A stretch of 64,000 bases of DNA. Origin: an uncultured delta proteobacterium. GTDB lineage: Bacteria; Desulfobacterota; Binatia; UBA9968. This document shows, piece after piece, positions 1 to 10,800 of this stretch. Position 1 is the first letter of the stretch; each line of letters starts with the position of its first letter. The position numbers and the translations under genes are program-made. The stretch covers positions 128,001-192,000 of the forward strand of contig CAVWLW010000059.1 in the NCBI GenBank assembly GCA_963755715.1. Direction: 5' to 3'. The notes under the pieces were generated by a model. The model was not told the origin of the DNA and searched no databases. It saw only the letters and a list, made by a program, of their open reading frames with translations.

Positions 1-2
1 AA

Positions 3-194
3 CGCCCGATCTACGTCGTCTATCCGCCGGCGGCGCAAGTTCCCGAGCGGGTGCGCACCTTCGTCGAATTCTTGGCGAATTGGTTTGGAAAGACGGTCCC
101 GGTGAAATTAACGCTTGTCGCGGAAAAGAAAAATGTTCGCTCAAGGCGCAGCCGAGAGCCGGTTCAAGCAAGCGTAGAGAAAGCTTCGTCTTAG
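3..194 (+). CDS. C-terminal end of a LysR-type regulator (truncated by window edge)
   Basis: Frame 3 reads RPIYVVYPPAAQVPERVRTFVEFLANWF...*, typical of the LysR substrate-binding domain C-terminus; TAG at 192-194. Confidence 0.7.
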   Translation, partial: RPIYVVYPPAAQVPERVRTFVEFLANWFGKTVPVKLTLVAEKKNVRSRRSREPVQASVEKASS

Positions 195-252
195 AATTGA
201 TCGGCTGATCGTCGCGGCAAAACAGATCTGTAATTTGTTGATTAGCTCTGTC

Positions 253-1299
253 TCAATGGAAACCATAGAGAGCCTGCGGGTTGTCTCCTAAGATCTTATC
301 GATCGACGTAGCAGCGACCTTCCCGTCCGCTTTGAGTTTCCTCAGCGCGTTGATCTCCGTGGCGGTATCGTTATGGCCGTAGTCCGTTCCTATGACTAAA
401 TGGTCATCGCCCACGTGTTCTAGAATATAGGGCAGATCATCGCTCGTTTGGCAGGCGACATAGATATGATTCTCCTTGAGGAGTTCCTGATCGCGCCAAG
501 CCTTCCCTTGCCTGCGGACGCCGATCTCCATGTGGTTCATCACGTAGGGAAGCCACTCGGCGCTGACCTCGACAAAAGCCCAGCGTAAGTCTGGAAATTT
601 TTGCGGCAGCCGAGTGCCGATAAGACTGGCGAACAAATTGATCGGGCCGAACTTGAATTGGGCGAGACTGGCGCCCCGGCCAAAGATGTCGAACATCTCC
701 AAGTTTCCCTGGGAGGCGTGCACACAAATCGGCATCCCCAACCGGCTTGCCTCTTCGTACAGAGGAAAAAAATAGGGGTCGGTGGGAAGCTTGTCCCCTT
801 CCACTCCGCGTATAAAAACACCGCAGGCGCCGTTCTGTTTGCCGAAGTTCAACTCTTCGATGGCTTTGTCCATGTAGTGCAGCGGCGGAATCACCACCCA
901 GCGCAGCCGACCTTTGCCGGCCTGCCAAATATCCGCGAGCCAGCGGTTGTAACTCTTGCATAGCGCCGCATCGACGTGCGGCAAGGCTGTCATCATTCTG
1001 AGAAACAGGCTCGGATAAAGCACCTGAACGTCCACGCCGAGATCATCCATGTGGGCGAGCCGGGCTTCTATATCCGCCGCCTCGCGCTTCTCTTTGGGGA
1101 TGTCAAAACCGATGTTGCTGTCCTTCGCGAAAACCCGACCGCCGATCATCCAGTATTCGCTCGCCCTCTGACCCGAAGGCTTCTGTGCCGCGTCTTTGAA
1201 CACCATGACACGCGGCCTAAAGGCCATCTCGCTTTCATCCATGTACTCCCAGGTTCGCTCCCATTCGACGACATGCGCGTCAGCATCGATCACCGCCAT
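253..1299 (-). CDS. Amidohydrolase family 2 protein
   Basis: IDADAH metal motif, YN.WL, CVH, IGTDYGH. Confidence 0.9.
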   Translation of the reverse strand: MAVIDADAHVVEWERTWEYMDESEMAFRPRVMVFKDAAQKPSGQRASEYWMIGGRVFAKDSNIGFDIPKEKREAADIEARLAHMDDLGVDVQVLYPSLFLRMMTALPHVDAALCKSYNRWLADIWQAGKGRLRWVVIPPLHYMDKAIEELNFGKQNGACGVFIRGVEGDKLPTDPYFFPLYEEASRLGMPICVHASQGNLEMFDIFGRGASLAQFKFGPINLFASLIGTRLPQKFPDLRWAFVEVSAEWLPYVMNHMEIGVRRQGKAWRDQELLKENHIYVACQTSDDLPYILEHVGDDHLVIGTDYGHNDTATEINALRKLKADGKVAATSIDKILGDNPQALYGFH

Positions 1300-1535
1300 C
1301 GGCTTGCTCCTTCTTTCTTATGGATTTACAACCACACTGTTAGGGCTGCGCGACCCATGCTGTCAAGTGCTGCGGAAGGGACGGTTTACCGCGCCGCGAA
1401 TTTGACCCTAGATAACGTTGAACGGCTTGAGGTCTTCGACTACGCTCACGACAGGCTTCGCAAAGCCGTTGTACGCTTGAACATTTTAAATGATCTTGAT
1501 TTGCCTATGGCCTCACGCCTCGTGCCTATGGATTC

Positions 1536-2222
1536 ATGCTCGAAGAGAACTTAATCCAGATTGCCGGGGTGATCGACGCCGCTGAAGCGCAAATGCTTCA
1601 GCAATGCGGCGTTCGTTATCTGGGATTTCCGCTGCGGCTCCCGGTTCACCGCGAGGATCTGACCGAGGAAGAGGCGGCGGCGATCATCACGAGCCTGGCG
1701 CCGCCGGTATTCGGAGTGCTGATCACGTATCTAGACGAGGCGAGCGAGATCGCCGCCTTCTGCCATGCGCTCGGCGCCCGGATCGTGCAGCTCCATGGCG
1801 ACATCGACCGCGATGAGCTGAAGCGTCTAAAAACTCTCGATCCGAACTTAACGGTGATCAAAAGTCTGGTCATCGGAATGCGCGATGACAAAGCTCTCGA
1901 AGCAACGCTGAGCGAGCTATCGCCGTTCGTCGATGCGTTCATCACCGACACCTTCGATCCAACAACCGGCGCATCGGGCGCCACCGGCAAGACTCACGAC
2001 TGGCGCGTGAGCAGGCGACTCGTGGAACTTGCCGATCGGCCGATTATTCTCGCCGGTGGACTGACGCCGGAGAACGTCAAGAGAGCGATTCTGGAAGTAC
2101 GGCCGGCCGGAGTCGACTCCCACACCGGCGTCGAAGACTCCACCGGCCGCAAGAGCCGTGAAAAAGTCCGAAAGTTCCTGTCGGAAGCGAATGAAGCTTT
2201 TGCGCTCGTTAAAGCAAAGTAG
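1536..2222 (+). CDS. trpF: Phosphoribosylanthranilate isomerase, copy 1
   Basis: VQLHG, GATGKTHDW, ILAGGLTPENV, GVDSHTGVE motifs. Confidence 0.85.
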   Translation: MLEENLIQIAGVIDAAEAQMLQQCGVRYLGFPLRLPVHREDLTEEEAAAIITSLAPPVFGVLITYLDEASEIAAFCHALGARIVQLHGDIDRDELKRLKTLDPNLTVIKSLVIGMRDDKALEATLSELSPFVDAFITDTFDPTTGASGATGKTHDWRVSRRLVELADRPIILAGGLTPENVKRAILEVRPAGVDSHTGVEDSTGRKSREKVRKFLSEANEAFALVKAK

Positions 2223-2407
2223 CGATCCTCAACACAACTTGGCTCTCTTGAGTTATCTCGAACACATATGGAAACATGCCATTTCAACGCCAAGATAGTT
2301 GATTCGTAGAAATCTGAGCCCCATCGTTCGGCTCAGTGATGCAGCGAGTTCCCACGCAGCATGATTGACTGGGAGGAAACTGAAGCGAGGCAGTGACTGG
2401 AAAATTT

Positions 2408-2629
2408 CTAAACCAGAGCCACAAATTCTTCCACTGTAATGCCTGCACCACGGATCAGAGCGCGGAGCGTTCCTCTGTCGAGCTCTCGATGATCGGGCAC
2501 CGACAGATGACGGCCGTTTGGATGATGCAGGATGATGTGGCTCCCCTTTTGGTGGTGGAAGATAAACCCGAGTTTCCCGAACGCTTTGACCGCGTCGCGG
2601 CCGGAGATAACAGGCAGCGTGGCCATCAA
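2408..2629 (-). CDS. hicA: HicA-family toxin
   Basis: LPVISG..AVKAF..LGF...HQKGSHIIL...LSVPDH.EL.RGTLRALI. Confidence 0.9.
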   Translation of the reverse strand: MMATLPVISGRDAVKAFGKLGFIFHHQKGSHIILHHPNGRHLSVPDHRELDRGTLRALIRGAGITVEEFVALV

Positions 2630-2841
2630 GCGGCGACGCTGATCTCGACAATATCGGGGGAGGGAATGGGTAGATTTTGTGCGCGACGTACCTCGATAAT
2701 CCCCTCGATCGCTTCCCGGATGTTTTTAAGCGCCTCTTCTCTGGTCTTTCCTTGAGAGACGCATCCTGGAAGCGTAGGGCATTCGGCCACAATATAGCCG
2801 TCTTCCCCGGGACTCAGCGTTACGATGTACGTCTTTTCCAT
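2626..2841 (-). CDS. hicB: Short HicB-family antitoxin
   Basis: GYIVAECPTLPGCVSQGKTREEALKNIREAI; overlaps the hicA start by 4 nt. Confidence 0.9.
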   Translation of the reverse strand: MEKTYIVTLSPGEDGYIVAECPTLPGCVSQGKTREEALKNIREAIEGIIEVRRAQNLPIPSPDIVEISVAA

Positions 2842-2991
2842 AGCGCTAAATACTAACATTTTCCCTATTTCGATGCGAATAGGGTTGGCGACGTTGAGGG
2901 TTGTTAACTAAATTTCAACGGAATTTTTAACGTTTGTCGGCTTGTGACGGCAACCGAGTTTCATTATAAACGGGTGGCCAAGGAACAACTG

Positions 2992-4065
2992 ATGAAAGCA
3001 GGGAGCCGCAAGCTTGCTGTCCGTGCCGTCACCGTCGCGTGGGCGACGGCATGTTTATTCTTTTGCCAGCCAGCCCTGGCCTTGCCACAGGCGCTGTTTT
3101 ATCAAGGCAAGATCGTCACCGTGATCAGCGGCCAGGAACCGGGAGGGTTGGGAGACTTACGACTGAGGGCCATCTTACCCTATTTAAAAAAACATATTCC
3201 CGGACAGCCGAATATCGTGCCGGAATACATGCCCGGCGGTGGCGGCCGAAAGGCGGCAAACCATATCTATCGAACTGCCCGCGCGGACGGCCTGACCATC
3301 GGTTTTCCACCAGGCGGTTTCATCTCGGCGGCAGTCCTCAATGAACCCGGGGTGGACTACGAGCTCGACAAATTTAGTTTCTTCGGCACTCCCGAAAGCG
3401 AAGACCACTATGTGTTTCTCACCAGAAGGGATTCTAATCTGGCTACATTGGATCGTCTCCGCGCCGCTTCCGGAATAAGAATCGGCGGGCAATCGGTGGG
3501 CCATTCCATCTATATCCTAGCCCGATTGTTCGCGTATCTTCTGAACCTGAAGGATCCCAAATTCATCACCGGCTACTCGGGACCGGAGATGGATCAAGCG
3601 GTCATGCGCGGGGAACTGGACGCCAGAGTAAACAGAGTCCCCGCGTTGTTGCAGCGCAATGCCGAATGGATCGAAAAGAAACTGGTCGACGTTCACGCGA
3701 TCTTGCAGATCCCCAAAACCAGCACGCATCCGCGCTTCGCTCATCTCCCGGAGCTCGAATCCTTTGCCAGGACCGATAAAGATCGACGGCTGCTGGAGGT
3801 CAATCGGGCGTTCAGAATTGCCGCCGCGACCTTTATCACGCCGCCGCGCACGCCGCCGGAGCGGATTCGCACACTGCGGGACGCGATCACCAATGCCTAT
3901 AACGATCCCGAGTTTTCCAAAGACTATAAGAAGATCACCGGCGAAACGCCTTCTCCGATATTGCCCGACGAATTCGATGGCATCATAAAAAAGCTTCCGC
4001 GCAACGCCGAAGATGTCGATCTCTATAAAAAAATCGCCGGCGCGGGCCCGCTTCCCGGCCATTAG
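2992..4065 (+). CDS. Bug/TctC tripartite tricarboxylate transporter substrate-binding protein
   Basis: Signal peptide, FYQGK, HIPGQPNIV..YMPGGGG, ADGLTI. Confidence 0.85.
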   Translation: MKAGSRKLAVRAVTVAWATACLFFCQPALALPQALFYQGKIVTVISGQEPGGLGDLRLRAILPYLKKHIPGQPNIVPEYMPGGGGRKAANHIYRTARADGLTIGFPPGGFISAAVLNEPGVDYELDKFSFFGTPESEDHYVFLTRRDSNLATLDRLRAASGIRIGGQSVGHSIYILARLFAYLLNLKDPKFITGYSGPEMDQAVMRGELDARVNRVPALLQRNAEWIEKKLVDVHAILQIPKTSTHPRFAHLPELESFARTDKDRRLLEVNRAFRIAAATFITPPRTPPERIRTLRDAITNAYNDPEFSKDYKKITGETPSPILPDEFDGIIKKLPRNAEDVDLYKKIAGAGPLPGH

Positions 4066-4083
4066 ACTAACGTTGCTGCAAAC

Positions 4084-4253
4084 AAATCCCAAATCCGAAA
4101 TCCGAATATCGAAATCCGAAACAAAGTCGGAGGCAAATAAATCTCAAATCGGCAAAAACCAAATCACTCAACCCGAAGGAAGCTTGTTTTGGTTTGCCTA
4201 TTTTGGTCATTTGAAATTGTTTCGAATTTCGGATTTCGTGCTTCGAAATTTTT
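4084..4253. repeat. Palindromic element built of AAATCCG-like heptamers
   Basis: AAATCCGAAATCCGAATATCGAAATCCGAAACAA on the left mirrors TTGTTTCGAATTTCGGATTTCGTGCTTCGAAATTT on the right. Confidence 0.7.
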
Positions 4254-4279
4254 GTTAAGCATACGAGGAGGAGGACAGT

Positions 4280-5254
4280 TTGGCAGATTCGAACGAACCT
4301 AAAAATCGTGTAGTCGGCAGAGATACAATTAGGTCGCGACTGGTGCTCGAGGTAGCCTCCGAGCTGGTCGATCAACCGCAGTGGCGCTACCGACAGACGC
4401 GCGTCAACCTGCGCGAACAAGGCGGCGACGGCTGGCCGATCGCTCTTTTCGGCAGCGACAGCCCGGCAGCGATCGCGCAAGTCGCCAGCGGCGAGGTCCA
4501 GGTAGCGATGATCAATCCCGCCGCCCCGCTTGCTCTCGCCTTGCGCGGTAAAGGACCGTTTCGAGAGCCCATCGCGCTGCGCGCGATCGCCGTCGTCCCC
4601 TCTCCGGATCAGCTCGCGTTTGCCGTCACCAAACAAACCGACGTGCAATCGCTGCGCGAGCTGCGTGAGCGCCGTTTGCCATTGCGGGTCTCCATTCGCG
4701 GGCAGATGGATCACTCTCTTCATCTGGTAGTGAAAGAGGTTCTTTCAGCGGCGGGTTTCTCACTGGAAGACATTACTTCCTGGGGCGGACAGGTACGCTA
4801 CGATCCAGGTCTGCCTAAAGGACCGAACCGCCTCGGCGCTATGCAGCGCGGTGAGGTCGATATGATTATCGACGAAGCAGTGCACAACTGGCTCAACGTC
4901 GCGTTGGAATCGGAGATGCATGTTTTGCCACTGGACGAATCCATGTTGACGCAGCTCGAGACCTTGGGATTTCAGCGCGCCGTGTTGCCGAAAGCGGATT
5001 ACCCGAAATTAGATTCTGACGTGCCGACTTTGGATTTTAGCGGGTTCCCGGTCTACACCCACGCGAACGTGCCGGACTCGATCGTGACCGCTGTATGTGC
5101 CGCGCTAGAAGCGAGAAAAGAAAAAATCATCTGGCAAGAACCCGGGCCACTGCCACTCGAAAGCATGTGCCGAGATACGCCGTCAGGACCGCTCAACATC
5201 CCACTGCACTCCGCCGCGGAACGATTCTGGCGCGAGCGAGGCTATCTGAAATAA
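4280..5254 (+). CDS. TAXI-type TRAP solute-binding-fold protein without an obvious signal peptide
   Basis: C-terminal IPLH.AAERFWRERGYL; periplasmic binding fold motifs; RBS GAGGAGG before TTG. Confidence 0.7.
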   Translation: MADSNEPKNRVVGRDTIRSRLVLEVASELVDQPQWRYRQTRVNLREQGGDGWPIALFGSDSPAAIAQVASGEVQVAMINPAAPLALALRGKGPFREPIALRAIAVVPSPDQLAFAVTKQTDVQSLRELRERRLPLRVSIRGQMDHSLHLVVKEVLSAAGFSLEDITSWGGQVRYDPGLPKGPNRLGAMQRGEVDMIIDEAVHNWLNVALESEMHVLPLDESMLTQLETLGFQRAVLPKADYPKLDSDVPTLDFSGFPVYTHANVPDSIVTAVCAALEARKEKIIWQEPGPLPLESMCRDTPSGPLNIPLHSAAERFWRERGYLK

Positions 5255-5327
5255 TTGTGGCCGCCGAATCTAAGATTCGCAAGAATAGAAAGACTGAGTC
5301 CGCCGATTCCCCCTTAAATCGCTGATC

Positions 5328-6014
5328 ATGCTCGAAGAGGACTTAATCCAGATTGCCGGAGTGATCGACGCGGCTGAGGCGCAAATGCTTCAGCAATGCG
5401 GCGTTCGCTATCTGGGATTTCCGCTGCGGCTCCCCGTTCACCGCGAGGATCTCACCGAGGAAGCGGCGGCGGCGATCATCAAGAGCCTGGCGCCCCCAGT
5501 ATTCGGAGTGCTGATCACGTATCTCTCTGAGGCGAGCGAGATCGCCGCCTTCTGTCATGCGCTCGGCGCCCGGATCGTGCAGCTCCACGGCGACATCGAC
5601 CGTGATGAGCTGAAGCGTCTAAAAACTCTCGATCCGAACTTGACGGTGATCAAAAGCCTGGTCATCGGAATGCGCGATGACAAAGCTCTCGAACCAATGG
5701 TGAGCGAGCTGTCGCCGTTCGTCGATGCGTTCATCACCGACACCTTCGATCCAACAACCGGCGCATCGGGCGCCACCGGCAAGACTCACGACTGGCGCGT
5801 GAGCAGGCGACTGGTGGAACTTGCCGATCGACCGATTATTCTCGCCGGTGGACTGACGCCCGAGAACGTCAAGCGAGCAATTCTCGAAGTACGGCCGGCC
5901 GGAGTCGACTCCCACACCGGCGTCGAAGACTCCACCGGCCGCAAGAGCCGTGAAAAAGTCCAAAAGTTCCTGTCGGAAGCGTATGAAGCTTTTGCGCTCG
6001 TTAAAGCAAAGTAG
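5328..6014 (+). CDS. trpF: Phosphoribosylanthranilate isomerase, copy 2
   Basis: Near-identical to 1536-2222, same length (228 aa), about 9 amino-acid differences. Confidence 0.85.
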   Translation: MLEEDLIQIAGVIDAAEAQMLQQCGVRYLGFPLRLPVHREDLTEEAAAAIIKSLAPPVFGVLITYLSEASEIAAFCHALGARIVQLHGDIDRDELKRLKTLDPNLTVIKSLVIGMRDDKALEPMVSELSPFVDAFITDTFDPTTGASGATGKTHDWRVSRRLVELADRPIILAGGLTPENVKRAILEVRPAGVDSHTGVEDSTGRKSREKVQKFLSEAYEAFALVKAK

Positions 6015-6257
6015 CGATGAACACGAAGTGGGGTTCATCTTTTGTTGAGAGTTAGGAGCCAGAGCTTCATTGAAGTTCGGGCAGCGAGAATTTCGTCGCG
6101 GACCAAACGTCAGCTGGGAGAGTTTTTTGAGCCATAACCAACAACAAAAAATTTGATCCGTTACCCGTCAGACTATAAAAGCTAAGAGCGGATTTGACCC
6201 CTTTCACAAACCGCCCATGGCCCGCGGGTTTAGCCACCCGCACAGAAAGGAGTTCAT

Positions 6258-7322
6258 ATGAGAAGGAACTTTGCGCGCGTCAGCCGGTCTCTATCGTTCA
6301 CCGTGATATGTGTCCTGCTATTCGGCTCGCCGAGCAAAGGTCAGGAGGAGTCGTTCTACAAGGGAAAGACGCTCAGGGTTATCGCCGGTACGACTGCCGG
6401 AGCTCTCTACGACCAGTGGGCGCGTGTTATTGCCGCCCACATGGTCAAGCACATCCCCGGAAACCCTCAGGTCATCGTTCAGAACATGCCGGGCGCAGGC
6501 CACCAGATCGCCGCCAACTATCTTTATAATGTAGCAAAGCCCGACGGGCTTACGGTGATCGGCTCGATCCTCCCAACTCTGTACCTGGATCAGCTCATCG
6601 GGCGCGCGGAGGTCAAGTTCGACTGGGGAAAATTCCTCTTCATCGGCTCGCCGGTAAAGGGTGATAGTCAGCTGATGATGCGCGCCGATGCGCCCTTCAA
6701 AACCATCGAAGACATGCGAACCGCCAAGGAGCCGGCCAAATGCGGCGGCACCGGCACGGGCGGCGCAGAGTTCATGTTTTCTCGTCTGCTGGAGGAGACT
6801 TTTCCTCCGCTGAAGATCAACGCGGTACTGGGTTATCCGGGTGGGCCGGAAATCGACCTAGGTATCGAGCGGGGAGAGATACAGTGCCGCTCCTTTACGA
6901 TTGAGGCCTTTTTCGCCCGTGAGCCTTATCACACATGGCGTAAGAAGGGTTTCGTGCGTATTATCGTTCAAACCGGCCAGGCGCGCGACCCCAGGCTCCT
7001 CGATGTCCCGACTATGTATGAAGTCATGGATCAGCAAAAGACGCCTGATCTTGCACGCAGACTCGCCAGAGTGGTTCTCGTCGGCGGTACTCTTGGCCGT
7101 CCAATGCTGGCTCCTCCGGGGGTGCCGCCGGAGCGTTTGAAAATTCTCCGGGGCGCTTTCGTCAAGACCATGAAAGATCCGGAGTTTTTGGCTGAAATCG
7201 AGAAGAGAAACTACGAGTTGGACCCGACGCCAGGCGAAAACCTCGAGGCCATTGTGAAAGATGTCATGTCACAACCACCGGCGATCATAGAGAGACTGAA
7301 GATGGTCTTGGTGGCGAAGTAA
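6258..7322 (+). CDS. Bug/TctC substrate-binding protein
   Basis: FYKGKT, HIPGNPQVIVQNMPGAG, KPDGLT. Confidence 0.88.
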   Translation: MRRNFARVSRSLSFTVICVLLFGSPSKGQEESFYKGKTLRVIAGTTAGALYDQWARVIAAHMVKHIPGNPQVIVQNMPGAGHQIAANYLYNVAKPDGLTVIGSILPTLYLDQLIGRAEVKFDWGKFLFIGSPVKGDSQLMMRADAPFKTIEDMRTAKEPAKCGGTGTGGAEFMFSRLLEETFPPLKINAVLGYPGGPEIDLGIERGEIQCRSFTIEAFFAREPYHTWRKKGFVRIIVQTGQARDPRLLDVPTMYEVMDQQKTPDLARRLARVVLVGGTLGRPMLAPPGVPPERLKILRGAFVKTMKDPEFLAEIEKRNYELDPTPGENLEAIVKDVMSQPPAIIERLKMVLVAK

Positions 7323-7627
7323 TTCCGCAGGGATGCGCATCGGCGCCACTTATCCTGCTTCATGGTAGCGGTGCGGCGCCGGGCACGGACGGCGGCCTTG
7401 GCGGCCGCGTCCATCCGCAAACCGCCCTGGGCAAGTGGCGCGTCCTAATGCGACGGTGCGGCGCTCGCAAGTGCAGTTGAACTCAAAAGCGGCTGTGCGG
7501 GATGAACGAAACAAAAAGCGAAGAACGTCTAAAAATAAAACTCTAACGTTTGATCTCTATCGAGAGATAGAGCATCAAACGAGCAGCTCTAATTGTCAAC
7601 AAGAGATTTGACCCTCTGGGATTTTCG

Positions 7628-7770
7628 GAGGCGAGGCAAGAAAAAATCGTTTGGCAAGAACCCGGACCGCTGCCGCTCGAAAGCATGTGCCGCGATACGC
7701 CGTCAGGACCACTCAACATCCCACTGCACCCCGCCGCCGAACGATTCTGGCGCGAGCGCGGCTACCTGAC
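7628..7770 (+). pseudogene. Orphan 3' fragment of the TAXI gene
   Basis: Translates EARQEKIVWQEPGPLPLESMCRDTPSGPLNIPLHPAAERFWRERGYL, matching 5108-5250. Confidence 0.9.
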
Positions 7771-7802
7771 TGAACCCGGCGCGGCTGCTGAAGTTATTCC
7801 CC

Positions 7803-10800
7803 TTAGCGAAGTGCTGTGTTTAGGATGACCGCCTTTATCAGCTTCCCCTGGTTAGAAAGCTGCGAAGCCTGAATATCGAACTTTTTTTGAGCTTCTTCGA
7901 CAGTGAGATTGGAGGCTTGTTTTTTCCTGTAATCAGCATTGTCCCATTGGTCGCACAGTCGAACCACGCCACCAGATACATTCCATGCTTGCAGTTATTG
8001 TCCGTTAATATTTACCTAAGAGCTGAGTCTCCATGGCGTTATCTAATTCCCGGTTCCAGCATCCTTTTGCTTCAATGATGACGGTTATCGAATCGTATGA
8101 ATCCTTCTTTTGTCCGAGTTGAATGGCGGTAACGTTGGGATATGGGTTCGTTTTTCGTTTGTGAATTCGGTTTTTACTCTATTGAAGATAATGCCACGAC
8201 GTTTCAGGTCATCTTCCAAGTGTAATTTCACAAGTCACAAAACGAACCTTCTTCTTTTGGACAATGCTTGTCCCACAAAAACTGGGTGTTTCTCCCTGAA
8301 GCTTGATTTCAAGCCGACTTAGGGATTCAATTATTGGTCAAGCAATTGATCGCCATTCTGCACGAGCGAACTCTTCATCGCTGGCTAACTTGAGAACATC
8401 GGTAGGCTTCAACGGTACCCACGTAAGCCGGCGCGCTACCGCTTCCGCGTCGAACAGTGTCCACTTGAGCCATGTAAGTTCAGGCAACTGTTCTTTAATT
8501 CTGCGGGATTGCATCACACGCCCGAAGCGTCACCTTTATATTGAGATTCTCTAAAATTGCGTCCCTCCAGTGCGCCATGCTTTCCCGAGGTGAAACCGCG
8601 CCTGTTCCATCTCTTTGCGGGTCTTCCGATTGTGGATATTGTCGGGATAACCAAATATACAGTTCAGACAATTGATCCTCATCCAGCTTTTCCCATATTC
8701 CTGTTCTACCACCCCAACCTTCTCTCTGAGCGACGATTATGACGATCTCCTTACCGAGTTCAGCAGAGCTTAGTATAGCTGGCCATACGATTGACCAGCC
8801 TGCATCTTTTGAATGCATCACCAAAACGCGTGCCGCTACAACTGCTTTAGATTGTTTATCGCTTTCTGACGCTACCGGCGTAGATAGGAACGATTTTGCA
8901 AAAGACTCTGCATCTTGAACGCCATGATCGATGAGGGTTTCTAACAACACTCCCATATTTTCAGGCTTTAAGTTTTCGTCCCGAGTCTTGCTCATCAAAG
9001 CCATCGCCAAACGCCGGTCCCAACAACTTTCAACCTTACGGTGGATAGAAATATGGCCAGGATCACTAATATTTTCTTTATCAATCAAGAAAAGCAGGCT
9101 TTGAATGATTTCATCAGACGAAAAATCGTAAGCTAACTTTACACAATGCATGATGGGGTCTTCAGCGTCACTTCCACTTCGAGTCGGATAGGCCAGAATA
9201 TTGGCGCCACTTTTCCAGATTTCGGCAGGCAACTTTGATATGAAATCAGTATCATCTCTCGACGGTGGCAATACCCTATATCCAGCATACGCCGACCGAT
9301 ACGACGATTTCAGTCCCAAGCCACTTCGGTGTTTCAGGGTCCTGCTCCACCAAATAGGTTTTCGCGGTTTCCACAATTCTTTTTCTAATGTCTGGACCGA
9401 CTTAGCCCACCCCGGGAAGAACAGTTCGAATAGGATTCGAGTACGTCATAGGGATCATAGTGCGTACTGTCCCGCTTAAGCGTCATTTCCAGATTAAGGC
9501 GCCACCAGTGCGTTGTAGTCTCCGGATTCGAATTGATCAAGAAGTCGCTCTATTCGCGTTGCTAGCGGTGGATCGAGTAGAGGCCGATCATGACCCTCTT
9601 TGTTCCATTTCTGCCATCTTTGATAATCGGCCTTCATCGTTTCCGCGTTGAGATCCAATTCAACCGGGTTGATGAGCCAATCCAATTCTTCGGACAAACA
9701 TTTCTCTCGATCGCAAGCCGTCAGAACTGCATCCACCTGTCGGCCATCTGTCCGGTCAAACGACCTGCTAACTAGTTGGCACCAGATCGATTTTTCTATC
9801 CCAATCCCAGACATCGCCAATTGATCTAACATCCACATCACGTCCTCCCGAAAAGCTATCAGAGATACACTGTCGACAATTGTTGTTGCATCTTGCTCTG
9901 ATCCACATTCATTATGAATTATCATCGGGAGCAACTGCTGCCGTCTTGAATGATCTTGTCGTAATTGTTGATGAATCGACTTTTTGCGTCGATCGTCAAG
10001 CAAGTTGTCGTAATGTTTTCCGTCGCGAAAACGTAGCCTGGCAAAAGCCTCTAACACTCCAGGGAAGTCTAAGTGTTGCCACCCCATCATTAAATTGCGT
10101 CAAGAAGCTCTTTGAATGAATGGCACAGTTTTATCTTGTCCCCAGTGTTGTCGTCCACGATAAGGCATCAGGAAGATCGGAAGCTTGGAGGGTCTGCGGG
10201 AGGTCTGTCTCTAAAAACTTACGATATGCACCGATCAGATTCGATCGCTTAGGCACTGTTAGCAAAGAGAACAAGTCTCTAGAGCTAACATGGCTTGGCC
10301 ATACTGCCTGTAGACCGCATCCTTTCAATTCGTCGTCGGGATCGTCTCCAATTTCACCAAAAGCAAGGGGCTTGAGTTTCGTTTTCGTCTGGTCGTCGCC
10401 AATCCGCCCTACAGCGTAGGCGGCGTTTACACGCGCATTGATTGAGTCGGTCAAATCTAAGGCAACATAGGCAAGAACATCTTGAAGCTGCCGTACGTTG
10501 CAAACCGCCGCAATATCCACTGCAACTCTTCGAACAACAACTCCTTTTGTCTGATCAGTGATGTATGGCTTGAGCTGTTCAGTCAATTCCGGATGAGTAA
10601 GCTTGTCGTAACGGGTTCGTACACTCAAGTCGCAGTCTAACAACTGTTCTTTGTCGTATAGTTCTAATAATGTTCCTACCAATGCGATACGATCCCTCGT
10701 GTCAGCAGCAGTCACATCGCTACTTAGCAGCACCGCCGGGTCTGTCTTAATAATCTACCGGAATACGACAGGTTCCATCCCAGCCAACCAAGCGGCCGTT

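Noticed and set aside
2253-2407. Possible PIN-domain remnant downstream of hicA
   Set aside because: Only a vague helical resemblance, with no acidic catalytic motifs
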